NCBI GenBank assembly: GCA_963825905.1
Contig: CAWGUL010000002.1
Coordinates: 40,574 to 104,573 of the forward strand
DNA from: an uncultured Chloroflexia bacterium
Lineage (GTDB): Bacteria > Chloroflexota > Limnocylindria > QHBO01
Direction: 5' to 3'
DNA: 64,000 bases
The notes beneath the pieces were generated by a model. The model saw only the letters and a list, made by a program, of their open reading frames with translations, was not told the origin of the DNA and ran no database searches. This document shows positions 30,993 through 39,848 of this stretch, one piece after another (the first letter of the stretch is position 1; every line of letters starts with the position of its first letter). Position numbers and translations under genes: made by a program.

Positions 30993-31349
30993 ATGGCGAC
31001 CAAGATGCGCGACGAGGTCCAGTCGCGCGCCCGCACCGTCGGGCACGAGATCGGGGCCTTCGGCTGGCTCATGCGGACCGCGGTGCTCGGCACCATCGGC
31101 TGGGCGATCTACACCGAGCTGCGGAAGCCTCCGGCCGAACGGACGTGGCACGGCAAGGTGGCTGGCTTCGTGCCATACGACTTCCGGATCCCGAAGCTCG
31201 GCGACGTGAAGCGGGCGTACTGGAATCCCTCGTCTCCGAAGCTGTTCACCGATCGACCGCTCGGCGTCGGCTGGGCGGTGAACATCCCGACCGCGCTACG
31301 GCGGCTCGGCATCATGGGCAGCGGGCGCTCCCGACCAAAGGGATCCTGA
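30993..31349 (+). CDS. DUF5808-like membrane-associated protein
   Basis: 118 aa; one hydrophobic helix, then VPYDFRIPKLGDVKRAYWNPSSPKLFTDRPLGVGWAVN, which matches my recollection of DUF5808; strong GAGGAGGAG SD. Confidence 0.6.
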   Translation: MATKMRDEVQSRARTVGHEIGAFGWLMRTAVLGTIGWAIYTELRKPPAERTWHGKVAGFVPYDFRIPKLGDVKRAYWNPSSPKLFTDRPLGVGWAVNIPTALRRLGIMGSGRSRPKGS

Positions 31350-31358
31350 TTCATCGGG

Positions 31359-31364
31359 TAGGAT
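31359..31364 (+). promoter_or_regulatory. -10-like box TAGGAT, 7 nt before ATG 31372
   Basis: TAGGAT-cgcgccc-ATG; no SD. Confidence 0.45.
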
Positions 31365-31371
31365 CGCGCCC

Positions 31372-31818
31372 ATGCCCTGGTTCGCGCTCCTGCTCGGCGT
31401 CCACATCCTGCTGGCGATCTCGCTGCTGCTGCCGAGCATCGCGCTGCCGTTCCTGCTCCGCCGGCAGAGCGGCGAGTCGCCGTCGGGCGTCACCCGCCTC
31501 CTCATAGCCGCGCAGGGAACCGGCAGCCTCGTCATCGGGGCGGGCCTGGCGGCGACGGGCATCGGGCTCATCGCCGTCCTCGGCGCCCAGCTGCTCCGCC
31601 AGCCGTGGCTCCTGATCGCGCTCGTCATCTACGCGGCGAACCTGCTCGTCGCCGCGCTCGTCAGCAGGCCGAACATGCGCCGCCTGATGGGGATCGGCGC
31701 CAGGGAGGATGCGGGAACGTGGGAGCGCCGCGCGCGGATGCAGCGCTGGATCGCCTACGGGATGGCAACCGCAACCGGTGCGATCGGCTTCCTGATGATG
31801 GCGAAGCCCGGCGCGTGA
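31372..31818 (+). CDS. integral membrane protein (DUF2269-like)
   Basis: 148 aa, four hydrophobic segments; TAGGAT box 7 nt upstream. Confidence 0.6.
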   Translation: MPWFALLLGVHILLAISLLLPSIALPFLLRRQSGESPSGVTRLLIAAQGTGSLVIGAGLAATGIGLIAVLGAQLLRQPWLLIALVIYAANLLVAALVSRPNMRRLMGIGAREDAGTWERRARMQRWIAYGMATATGAIGFLMMAKPGA

Positions 31819-31838
31819 CGGCCGGCCGCGCCGCGGTG

Positions 31839-31940
31839 TCAGAAGTGGATCGGAAACGGCCGGCCCTGGACCCAGAAGATCGCGAACACGATCAGGAGCA
31901 GGGCGAGGCAGAAGAATCCGAACCAGCGAAGGACTTCCAT
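31839..31940 (-). CDS. unlisted 33-aa hydrophobic small protein
   Basis: ATG 31940..31938 to TGA 31841..31839: MEVLRWFGFFCLALLLIVFAIFWVQGRPFPIHF. 29 of 33 codons end in G/C although positions 1-2 are AT-richer, which is a coding-like signal. GGAG 14 nt upstream. Below the ORF-track length cut-off. Confidence 0.35.
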   Translation of the reverse strand: MEVLRWFGFFCLALLLIVFAIFWVQGRPFPIHF

Positions 31941-32031
31941 GACGGTGCGCTCGGCTCCTCTCGGCTGGGCAGCGTTCCCCCGACGAGACGGCCGCATTCT
32001 ACGCCCGGCCGTCATCCAGCCCGGCGCGCTT

Positions 32032-32037
32032 TAGAAT
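32032..32037 (+). promoter_or_regulatory. -10-like box TAGAAT, 7 nt before GTG 32045
   Basis: TTTAGAAT-ccgaagc-GTG; no SD. Confidence 0.45.
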
Positions 32038-32044
32038 CCGAAGC

Positions 32045-33319
32045 GTGACCCTCCGCCTCTACGACGCCCGGCGCGGCGTCGTCGCTCCGTTCGAGCCGCC
32101 TCCCGCCGGACCGATCGGCCTCTACGTGTGCGGCGTCACGCCCTACGACACCGGCCATCTCGGCCACGCGTTCACCTACCTGAGCTTCGACGTCCTCCAT
32201 CGGTACCTGGAGTACCTCGGCCACCAGGTTCGCTACGTTCAGAACCTGACCGATGTGGACGACGACATGCTGCGCAAGGCCCGCGAGACGGGCGAGGACT
32301 ATCTCGCCCTCGGGAACCGGCACGTGACGACGTTCCTGACCGAGATGGCGGCCCTGAACTGGCTGGCGCCGAACGAGTACCCGCGCGCGACCGATCACAT
32401 CCCTCAGATGCTGGCCATGATCGATGCGCTGGTGCAGCGCGGTCACGCGTACGCGGCCGAGGGCAACGTCTACTTCAGCGTCGCCTCGTGGCCGCGCTAC
32501 GGTGAGCTGTCCGGCCTGCCGCACGAGGCGATGCTGCCGGTCGCCAACGAGCGCGGCAACCGCCCCGACATGCCCGGCAAGCACGATCCGCTCGACTTCG
32601 TCCTCTGGCAGGCCTCGCTGCCGGACGAGCCGGCGTGGCCGGCTCCGTGGGGCGCCGGCCGCCCCGGCTGGCACATCGAGTGCTCGGCGATGGCGACGGC
32701 GTACCTCGGCAACCACTTCGCGATCCACGGCGGCGGTGCCGATCTCATCTTCCCGCACCACGAGTCGGAGCTCGCGCAGGCCGAGGCGGCCACCGGCGAG
32801 CGGCCGTTCGTCGCGCACTGGATGCACGCCGGCATGCTTCGCCACGAGGGCGAGAAGATGAGCAAGTCGCTCGGCAACCTCGTCCTCGTCCGCGACCTGC
32901 TCCGCTCCTACTCGGGGGATGCGATCCGCCACTACCTCGTCGCGCACCACTACCGGGCGGAGGTCGACTTTGCCGAGGCCGATCTCGAGGCGTCGGCGGT
33001 CATCGCGGCTCGGCTGCGCCGGGCCTGCCACCGCGCCGAGGAGCTCGAGCCGCTCGCGCCCGCGCTCGCCGATGCCGCCGCACTGATCCCCGCCGTTGCC
33101 GAGCATCGCGCGCGCTTCCTCGATGCCATGGACGACGACCTCGACACGCCCGCGGCGCTGCCGGAGCTCCACGCCCTCGCCGCGCTGGCGCTGGAGACGG
33201 AGGATCCGCGGCTGGCGGCCCAGGGCGGCTGGATGGTCCGCGAGCTCGGCGCACGGATCCTTGGCCTCCGCCTCGCCAGCGTGCCCGCGGGCCTGCCCGA
33301 GGCCGTCGGCGCGGGATGA
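32045..33319 (+). CDS. cysteine ligase of the CysRS class-I family, MshC-like (lacks the CysRS C-terminal domain)
   Basis: 424 aa, GTG start with TAGAAT box 7 nt upstream; YVCGVTPYDTGHLGHA (HIGH), YVQNLTDVDD, ERGNRPDMPGKHDPLDFVLWQ, GRPGWHIECSAM, KMSKSLGN. Ends soon after the DDDLDTP helix. Confidence 0.8.
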   Translation: MTLRLYDARRGVVAPFEPPPAGPIGLYVCGVTPYDTGHLGHAFTYLSFDVLHRYLEYLGHQVRYVQNLTDVDDDMLRKARETGEDYLALGNRHVTTFLTEMAALNWLAPNEYPRATDHIPQMLAMIDALVQRGHAYAAEGNVYFSVASWPRYGELSGLPHEAMLPVANERGNRPDMPGKHDPLDFVLWQASLPDEPAWPAPWGAGRPGWHIECSAMATAYLGNHFAIHGGGADLIFPHHESELAQAEAATGERPFVAHWMHAGMLRHEGEKMSKSLGNLVLVRDLLRSYSGDAIRHYLVAHHYRAEVDFAEADLEASAVIAARLRRACHRAEELEPLAPALADAAALIPAVAEHRARFLDAMDDDLDTPAALPELHALAALALETEDPRLAAQGGWMVRELGARILGLRLASVPAGLPEAVGAG

Positions 33320-33915
33320 GCGACCAGCCTCCGAGCGAGGCGCGGCCGGCGGCCGAGCAGCGGAGCGCCGCGCGGCCGAGCGAAGAGCTACCGGACGACC
33401 TCGTCCCCGCCAGCGTCCGGCTCGGCAACGTCGTCCCGCCCGAGGATCCAGAGGACTGGACGCGGCCGCTCACCTGGGTGGCCGCCATCGGGATGCTCGT
33501 CGCGCCGCTCGTGACGCTCGCCTGGTTCGTCGTCGCCCCACCGGTCGACGGACGGCATGCGTCGCTCGCCACCTTCGTCGTGGGTGCGGCGCTGGCCGGT
33601 GGCGGGGCGGCGACCGCGAGCACGCAGATCGGCGCGCTGCGAGCCGGCACTGCGGCACTCGGGGCGGGCCTGTTCGGGGCCCTCGTCGTCGTCATGCTCG
33701 GCGTCGTCATGGCCGGCGAGCGACAGGTCGGCGTTGCCTCGCCGACCCTCGCACACGCCACCGCTGCCGCGCTCGGAGGGCTGGCCGGCGTACTGGCGGC
33801 GGCGGTCGTGGCCGCCACCGTGGCGCGATTGCGCGGCCGCTTCCTGCGCCTCCTGCCGGCGCTCGCCGCCGGGATCACGGTGGCGGCGGTGGCGGTCGGG
33901 ACGCTGCTCCCCTAG
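33316..33915 (+). CDS. hypothetical polytopic membrane protein
   Basis: 199 aa from ATG 33316 (ATGA overlap with the previous stop); acidic/Pro-rich N-terminus, then Ala/Gly/Val-rich helices. Confidence 0.55.
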   Translation: MSDQPPSEARPAAEQRSAARPSEELPDDLVPASVRLGNVVPPEDPEDWTRPLTWVAAIGMLVAPLVTLAWFVVAPPVDGRHASLATFVVGAALAGGGAATASTQIGALRAGTAALGAGLFGALVVVMLGVVMAGERQVGVASPTLAHATAAALGGLAGVLAAAVVAATVARLRGRFLRLLPALAAGITVAAVAVGTLLP

Positions 33916-34922
33916 TCCGCCCCGCTCGTCGCCGGCGGCCCCTCGACGAGGATGCACGCCGCCGCATGGCCGGGGTGCGGCACGACGAGGACCGGGTCCT
34001 CCGTGCGGCAGCGGTCGATCGCGACCGGGCACCGGGGATGGAACCGGCAGCCGGACGGGATGCGGGACGGATCGGGCGCCTCGCCGGACAGGATGACCGG
34101 GCGCCGCCGCCGGCTCGGATCGGGGATGGGCACGACCGACAGCAGCGCCTTCGTGTATGGGTGCCGGGCATCGGCCAGCACCTCACGCGTGGCGCCGGTC
34201 TCGACGATCCGCCCGAGGTACATGACCGCGATGCGGTCGGCGTAGGCGGCTACCGTCGACAGGTCGTGGGTGATCATCACGATCGCGATCCCCTGCTCGC
34301 GGGCGAGGCCGGCGAGGAGGTTGAGGATGTCGGCCCGGATGCTGACGTCGAGCATGCTCACCGGCTCGTCGGCGACGATGACCCGCGGCCGCAGGGCCAG
34401 GGCGGCGGCGATCGCCACCCGCTGGCGCTGGCCGCCGGACAGCTCGTACGGGTAGCGGCGCAGGTAGGCGTCGACCGGCGTCAGGCCGGCGGAGGTGAGC
34501 GCCTCCTCGACGCGCCGGTCCTCCTCCCCGCGCGCGGCGCCGTGGACGCGGAGCGGCTCGGCCACGATGTCGTCGACCCGCATCCGCGGGTTCAGGCTCT
34601 CGTACGGGTCCTGGAAGATGAGCTGCACTGACGAACGCAGGCGGCGCAGGGCGCGGCCCGACATCGTTGCCACCTCTCCACCGTCGACCCGGATCGAGCC
34701 CGCGCTCGGACGCATCAGGCCCAGCAGGAGCCGCGCGGTCGTCGTCTTGCCGCAGCCCGACTCCCCGACGAGCGCCAGCACCTCGCCGGGCGCCAGGTCG
34801 AAGCTGACCCCGTCGACGGCCCGCACCGGACGGGCCGGACGCCGCCGCATCGCATCGAGGACGGAGCGCGCGCCCGGGAAGGTCATCGCCACGTCGCGGA
34901 CGCGGATGAGCGGCTCGGTCAC
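33912..34922 (-). CDS. peptide ABC transporter ATP-binding protein (OppF/DppF type)
   Basis: GTG 34922 (GTGA overlap with the upstream stop); LIRVRDVAMTF, Walker [29 protein letters not shown]-terminal oligopeptide-type extension with CxxC-like Cys/His. Confidence 0.9.
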   Translation of the reverse strand: MTEPLIRVRDVAMTFPGARSVLDAMRRRPARPVRAVDGVSFDLAPGEVLALVGESGCGKTTTARLLLGLMRPSAGSIRVDGGEVATMSGRALRRLRSSVQLIFQDPYESLNPRMRVDDIVAEPLRVHGAARGEEDRRVEEALTSAGLTPVDAYLRRYPYELSGGQRQRVAIAAALALRPRVIVADEPVSMLDVSIRADILNLLAGLAREQGIAIVMITHDLSTVAAYADRIAVMYLGRIVETGATREVLADARHPYTKALLSVVPIPDPSRRRRPVILSGEAPDPSRIPSGCRFHPRCPVAIDRCRTEDPVLVVPHPGHAAACILVEGPPATSGAD

Positions 34923-35902
34923 GGGCGCGTCTCCTCGAGCCGGAGGCACGCCGCGCGGCCACCTCCGGCAAGCGGCAGCTCCGGCGGCCGTGCGGCAGCG
35001 CACGCGCTGACCGCCAGCGGGCAGCGGGGGGCGAACGGGCATCCCGGCGGCATCGCGTCGAGGCGTGGCGGCGTGCCCGGGATGCCGCGCAGCGGCCGAT
35101 CAGGATGTGCGACGTCCGGGAACGAGGCGAGCAGGGCACGGGTGTAGGGGTGCCGCGGTGCCGCATACAGCGGGACCGCCGGCTGCTCCTCCATCACGCG
35201 TCCGCCGTACATCACCACGACGCGGTCGCAGACCTGGGCCACGACGCCGAGATCGTGGGTGACGAGGATCGTCGCCATGCCCAGGTCGCGGCCGATCCCC
35301 GCCAGCAGCTCCATGATCTGGGCCTGGATCATGACGTCGAGCGCCGTGGTCGGCTCGTCGGCGATCACGATGTCCGGCTCGCAGGCAAGGGCCAGCGCGA
35401 TCATCGCCCGCTGCCGCATGCCGCCCGAATAGGTGTGCGGGTACTCCCGGCCGCGACCGGCACCGATCCCGACCCGCTCGAGGAGCTCGCCTGCGCGGCC
35501 GCGGGCCGTGCGACGCGACACGGTCGGGGCATGGACGGTGATCGCCTCGGCGACCTGGTCGCCGATCGTGCGGACCGGGTTGAGGGCGTTCATCGCGCCC
35601 TGGAAGACGATGCTCATCCGCGACCAGCGGACCGCGCGCAGGTCGGCCCCCTCGACCCGGAGCACGTCCTCGCCGCCGAGGAGCACCTCGCCGCCCACCA
35701 CCCTGCCGCCGGGCGGCAGCAGGCGGAGCAGGGCAAGCGCGGTCGTCGTCTTGCCGCAGCCCGACTCGCCCACGAGCCCGAGCGTCTCCCCGCGCGCGAG
35801 GCTGAAGCTGACGCCGTCGACCGCGCGCAGCGCGCCGGCCGGCGTGTCGAACTCCACTGCCAGGTCTCGCACCTCGAGCAGCGGCGGCGGGTCGACGGCG
35901 CG
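34919..35902 (-). CDS. peptide ABC transporter ATP-binding domain (OppD/DppD type), probably fused to the upstream permease
   Basis: ..[18 protein letters not shown].., Walker [28 protein letters not shown]. The first in-frame start is only GTG 35872, and there is no stop in any frame between the permease core and this domain (see findings). Confidence 0.85.
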   Translation of the reverse strand, partial: RAVDPPPLLEVRDLAVEFDTPAGALRAVDGVSFSLARGETLGLVGESGCGKTTTALALLRLLPPGGRVVGGEVLLGGEDVLRVEGADLRAVRWSRMSIVFQGAMNALNPVRTIGDQVAEAITVHAPTVSRRTARGRAGELLERVGIGAGRGREYPHTYSGGMRQRAMIALALACEPDIVIADEPTTALDVMIQAQIMELLAGIGRDLGMATILVTHDLGVVAQVCDRVVVMYGGRVMEEQPAVPLYAAPRHPYTRALLASFPDVAHPDRPLRGIPGTPPRLDAMPPGCPFAPRCPLAVSACAAARPPELPLAGGGRAACLRLEETRP

Positions 35903-35903
35903 G

Positions 35904-36851
35904 ATGCACGAACGGAAGCGGCGGCAGCGGCCGCTCGCGCGTCTCGAGGTGGTGGCGCCGGAGGCGCGGGTTGATGGCGTCCTCGAGCGCGGTGCCGAGC
36001 AGGGTCGTGCCGAGCACGACCCACACGATCGCGAAGCCGGGTGGCAGCAGTGCCCACCACGCGCCGGCGCTCACCGCGCCGCGGTCGAAGGCGAAGTTCA
36101 GCATCTGGCCCCAGCTGATCCGGAACGGGTCGCCGAGCCCGATGAAGGCGAGCGTCGACTCCTCGAGGATCGCGAGGCTGATGACGAGGACGGTGTTGGC
36201 GAGCATGAGCGGCATGACCTGCGGGACGATGTGCCGCCGCAGGATGTGGAAGTCCGAGGCGCCAACGGCGCGGGCGCGGGCGACGAACGCACGCTCCCGC
36301 ACGGTGAGCGTCTGGGCGCGCACGATGCGCGCCGTCGTCGTCCAGCCGAGGGCACCGATGACGAGAATGATATTCGTGAGGCTGCGCTCCCGGAGGATGG
36401 CGACGATGACAATGAGCAGCGCCAGGTCGGGGATGACGAGGAAGAAGTCGGTGAAGCGCATGAGCAGTGCGCCGATCCAGCGCCGCGCATAGCCCGCCAC
36501 GAGGCCGATGGCGCCGCCGATGACGAGGCTGATGAAAGCCGCGGCGAAGCCGACGATGATGCTGACCTGGGCGCCGTACAGGAGCGAGCTCAGGACGTCC
36601 TTGCCGCCGTCGTCGGTGCCGAGCAGATGCGCGGCTGACGGAGCCTGGTAGATGTCGGTGATCCTCACGTGCACGATCGCGTACGGATCGTACGGGGCGA
36701 CCAACGGCGCGAAGATCGCCACCGCGATGCCGACGAGCAGCATCACGCCGCCGAGCATGCCCATCGGCGAGCGGGAGAGGCGTCGCCACGTGCTGCGCGC
36801 CGGTCCGAGCGGGCGGCTGGGCGCGGACGTCGCCTCGACCAGCGCGGTCAT
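35904..36851 (-). CDS. peptide ABC transporter permease (OppC/DppC type), no own stop codon
   Basis: ATG 36851 (ATGA overlap with the oppB-like stop); typical OppC pattern (LGTDDGGKDVLSSLLYG, RFTDFFLVIPDLAL, ARAVGASDFHILRRHIVPQ) ending ..DAINPRLRRHHLE. The frame then runs on as junk to 35100. Confidence 0.85.
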
Positions 36852-37855
36852 GCCTCGGATACCCGCGGGTCGAGCCAGCCGTAGACGAGCTCGGCGGCCA
36901 GGTTGGCGATCACGACCGCGATCGCGAGCAGCAGGAAGGCGCCCTGCAGCACCGGGTAGTCGCGCTGGGTGACCGCGCTGACGGTCAGCGCCCCGAGTCC
37001 CGGCCACGAGTACACCGACTCCACCTGGATGGCGCCGGAGACGGTGAAGCCGAGGTTGAGGGCGATGAGCGTCACCATCGGCAGCATCGCGTTCCGCAGC
37101 GCGTGGTCGCGGATGATGTGCCAGGTCGTCAGCCCCTTCGCCCGTGCGGTGAGGATGTAGTCCTCGGTGAAGACCTCGAGCACGCTGCTCCGCATGATGA
37201 GCAGGTACTCGCCGAGCAGGACGAGCGTCAGCGTCAGCGTCGGCAGCAGGAGGTGCTTCCCGAGGTCGAGCGCCGAATCCCAGGCCGATGCGTACTCGGC
37301 ACCCACCGTCACCCGGCCGCCGGTCGGGAGGCCGAACCAGTTGGCCCCGAGGAACAGGAGCACGATGCCGAGGAAGAACGTCGGCAACGACCACGTCACG
37401 AGGCCGAAGGTCAGCGCGCCGACGTCAATCGCGCTCCGCCGCCGCCATGCCGCGATCAGCCCGAGCGCCGTGCCGATGACGATCGAGAGCACCTGGGACG
37501 GCAGGATCAGCCACAGCGTGTTGCTCAGCGACTCGCCGAGCATCGCCGACACGGGCCGATCGCGGAACGCGTAGCTCGTCCCGAGGTCACCCTGGGAAAG
37601 CTGGCCGAGATAGGCGAAGAACTGGGTGTCGAACGGGTTGCCGCCGCCGAGGTCGAGGAAGACGGGCCGATCGAGCCCGAAGCGCTCGCGCAGGAGCGTT
37701 GCCGTGGCGGGGTTGAGGCGCGGGTCGCGGATGCCGGCCTTGGCCGGGTCCCCGGGCAGAACGCGGAACAGGAAGAAGTTGAAGGTGATGACGACGAGGA
37801 TCGTCACCAGCGCCCAGGTGATCTTGCCGAGCAGGTACCGGCCGCGCCCGCGCAT
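36848..37855 (-). CDS. peptide ABC transporter permease (OppB/DppB type)
   Basis: 335 aa; YLLGKITWALVTILVVITFNFFLFRVLPGDP N-terminus and BPD_transp_1 core. Confidence 0.9.
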   Translation of the reverse strand: MRGRGRYLLGKITWALVTILVVITFNFFLFRVLPGDPAKAGIRDPRLNPATATLLRERFGLDRPVFLDLGGGNPFDTQFFAYLGQLSQGDLGTSYAFRDRPVSAMLGESLSNTLWLILPSQVLSIVIGTALGLIAAWRRRSAIDVGALTFGLVTWSLPTFFLGIVLLFLGANWFGLPTGGRVTVGAEYASAWDSALDLGKHLLLPTLTLTLVLLGEYLLIMRSSVLEVFTEDYILTARAKGLTTWHIIRDHALRNAMLPMVTLIALNLGFTVSGAIQVESVYSWPGLGALTVSAVTQRDYPVLQGAFLLLAIAVVIANLAAELVYGWLDPRVSEA

Positions 37856-37868
37856 CGGTCAGTCCGAC

Positions 37869-37893
37869 GCGTGGCGGCGCGACGCCGCCACGC
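37869..37893 (-). terminator. intercistronic hairpin after the peptide-binding protein gene
   Basis: GCGTGGCGGCG-cga-CGCCGCCACGC, 11-bp perfect stem between the SBP stop (37939) and the oppB-like start (37855); attenuator/mRNA-stabiliser type element. Confidence 0.5.
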
Positions 37894-37938
37894 GCATCGG
37901 TCTGGCTGCCACCGGCAGCGGCGCTCGGGAGCCGGGTG

Positions 37939-39663
37939 CTAGTGGGACACGGGCCGGACGACGGTGAGCGAGCTCGGATCCTCGAGGCCGAGCGACTTCG
38001 GCCCTTCCAGCCAGCCGCTGAAGCGGTCGGTCCGGTACGCCTGCACCGTCTTCTCGTAGAACGGGATGATGTACGGCAGGTCGGTCATCAGGATCTGCTG
38101 CATCTGGTGGATCTGGTCGACCCGCGTGGCGTGATCGGTCTCGATGCCCTGCTGCGCATAGAGCGCGTCGTACTGCGGGTTGCAGTAGCCGGTCTCCGAG
38201 AAGCCGGTCGTGATCTCGGAGCACAGCGCGACGCCGAGCAGGAACGCCGGATCGGGATCCGACCCCCAGTGCCACAGGATGACGTCGTAGTCGAAGGCCG
38301 GGCAGCAGACGCTCGTCAGCGTGTCGGAGTCGAGCGAGGTCGGGTCGATGTGAACGCCGATCTGTGACCACATCTGCGAGATGAGCTCGGCTTCCCGGCC
38401 CGCGGTGTCGATGTCGCTCGGGTAGTTGAAGCGGAAGGTGAGGTCACCGGTCGGGCAGTTCTGGCCGGCTTTGCAGTTGCGGATTCCATTCCCGTCGGTG
38501 TCCTTGTACCCGGCCTCGTCGAGCAGCCGGTTGGCATCGGCGACGTTGAACGGCGTGGGGTCGATCTCGTTGGCGTAGAAGTCGCCGAGCCCCGGCGGGA
38601 CGAGGGTGAGGCCGGGGGTGCCGAGGCCGACGAGGGCGACGTCGATGAGCTGCTGCTTGTCCGTCGCCTCGGCGAGCGCCTGGCGAACGGCACGGTCGCG
38701 CAGGGCCGGGTGGCCGCTGCACACGCCGGACTCGTCGGTGTCGGTCGTGGCAGGGTCGTCCTTCGGGCAGTTCGCCGGGTCGGTGACGTTCAGGATGAGG
38801 TCGCGCAGGTCGCCGGACAGCGGGTCCGAGATGACGACCTTGACGTTGTCGTTGTTCTGCAGGGTCGGGACGGCGGTGTTCGGGAACTCGGTGATCATGT
38901 CGACGTCACCGTTCGTCAGCGCGGTCACGCGCGCGTCGGGGTTCTGGATCGTCTGGAAGATGACCCCATCGACGTTGGGGCGCCCCTGCCAGTAGCCCGT
39001 GTTCGCGGCCAGGCGGGTGAACTCCCCCTGCTTGTATTCCGCCAGCTTGAACGGGCCGGACCCGATCATCGCCGCGTTGTCGAAGGTGGCCGGATCGCTC
39101 GCCTTCTCCCAGATGTGCTTCGGCAGGACGTAGATGAAGGCCATCCGCGACTCGAAGTTGCCGACCGGGTCGCTGGTCGTGATCGTCAGCGTGGTCGGGT
39201 CGGGCGCCTCGATGTCCTTGAACACGTCGGGGTAGCTCGACAGGTACGGGAAGGCATCGGTGTCGCGGTAGAGCTCGAGGGTGTACTTCAGATCGGCGCT
39301 CGTCAGGGGCGTCCCGTCGTGGAACGTCGCGTTGTCGACGAGGTGGAGCGTCCAGGTCTTGCCGTCCGCGGACACGCTCCAGTCCTTCGCCAGCTCCGGC
39401 TGGTAGCTCCCGTCCGGAGCCTGCGTGATGGGCGTGTCGTAGACCAGCTCGTACAGCTGGTAGGCCTCCGAGAGGAGCCCCAGGCCCGGGTTGAGGGAGT
39501 CGGGCGCGCCTCCGATCCCGATGTGCACCGTGCCACCGGTTGCCGTGCTCGTCGAGCTGCCGGCGGCGGAGACGGACGGCGTGGCGCTCGTCGTCGACGT
39601 GCAGGCGGCGAGGGTGAGGAGGAGGATGGCGGCGAGCGGCAACCTGGACGGGCGGGCGGACAT
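37939..39663 (-). CDS. peptide/nickel ABC transporter substrate-binding lipoprotein (family 5)
   Basis: 574 aa from ATG 39663 (GGAGG 7 nt upstream); lipobox LTLAAC; SBP_bac_5 pattern. The first 93 codons of the ORF-track entry are junk. Confidence 0.9.
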   Translation of the reverse strand: MSARPSRLPLAAILLLTLAACTSTTSATPSVSAAGSSTSTATGGTVHIGIGGAPDSLNPGLGLLSEAYQLYELVYDTPITQAPDGSYQPELAKDWSVSADGKTWTLHLVDNATFHDGTPLTSADLKYTLELYRDTDAFPYLSSYPDVFKDIEAPDPTTLTITTSDPVGNFESRMAFIYVLPKHIWEKASDPATFDNAAMIGSGPFKLAEYKQGEFTRLAANTGYWQGRPNVDGVIFQTIQNPDARVTALTNGDVDMITEFPNTAVPTLQNNDNVKVVISDPLSGDLRDLILNVTDPANCPKDDPATTDTDESGVCSGHPALRDRAVRQALAEATDKQQLIDVALVGLGTPGLTLVPPGLGDFYANEIDPTPFNVADANRLLDEAGYKDTDGNGIRNCKAGQNCPTGDLTFRFNYPSDIDTAGREAELISQMWSQIGVHIDPTSLDSDTLTSVCCPAFDYDVILWHWGSDPDPAFLLGVALCSEITTGFSETGYCNPQYDALYAQQGIETDHATRVDQIHQMQQILMTDLPYIIPFYEKTVQAYRTDRFSGWLEGPKSLGLEDPSSLTVVRPVSH

Positions 39664-39832
39664 GCGTGGCCTCCGGTGCGTTCGCGCTTCCCGCGGACCG
39701 CGGGTTCCACGACCCGGCGATGGTTGCACAAGCCACGGAATCCGGTCAACGAATCGCTGCGCTGCTGCGGATACCGCGGCTCGGCGGCGTGCACGATGCC
39801 GAAGCCGGACCTCCCGGCCGCACGCCGTGCGG

Positions 39833-39838
39833 CATACT
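39833..39838 (+). promoter_or_regulatory. -10-like box CATACT, 10 nt before ATG 39849
   Basis: CATACT-ccgaggccga-ATG; a weak GAGG inside the spacer makes a short leader equally possible. Confidence 0.3.
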
Positions 39839-39848
39839 CCGAGGCCGA

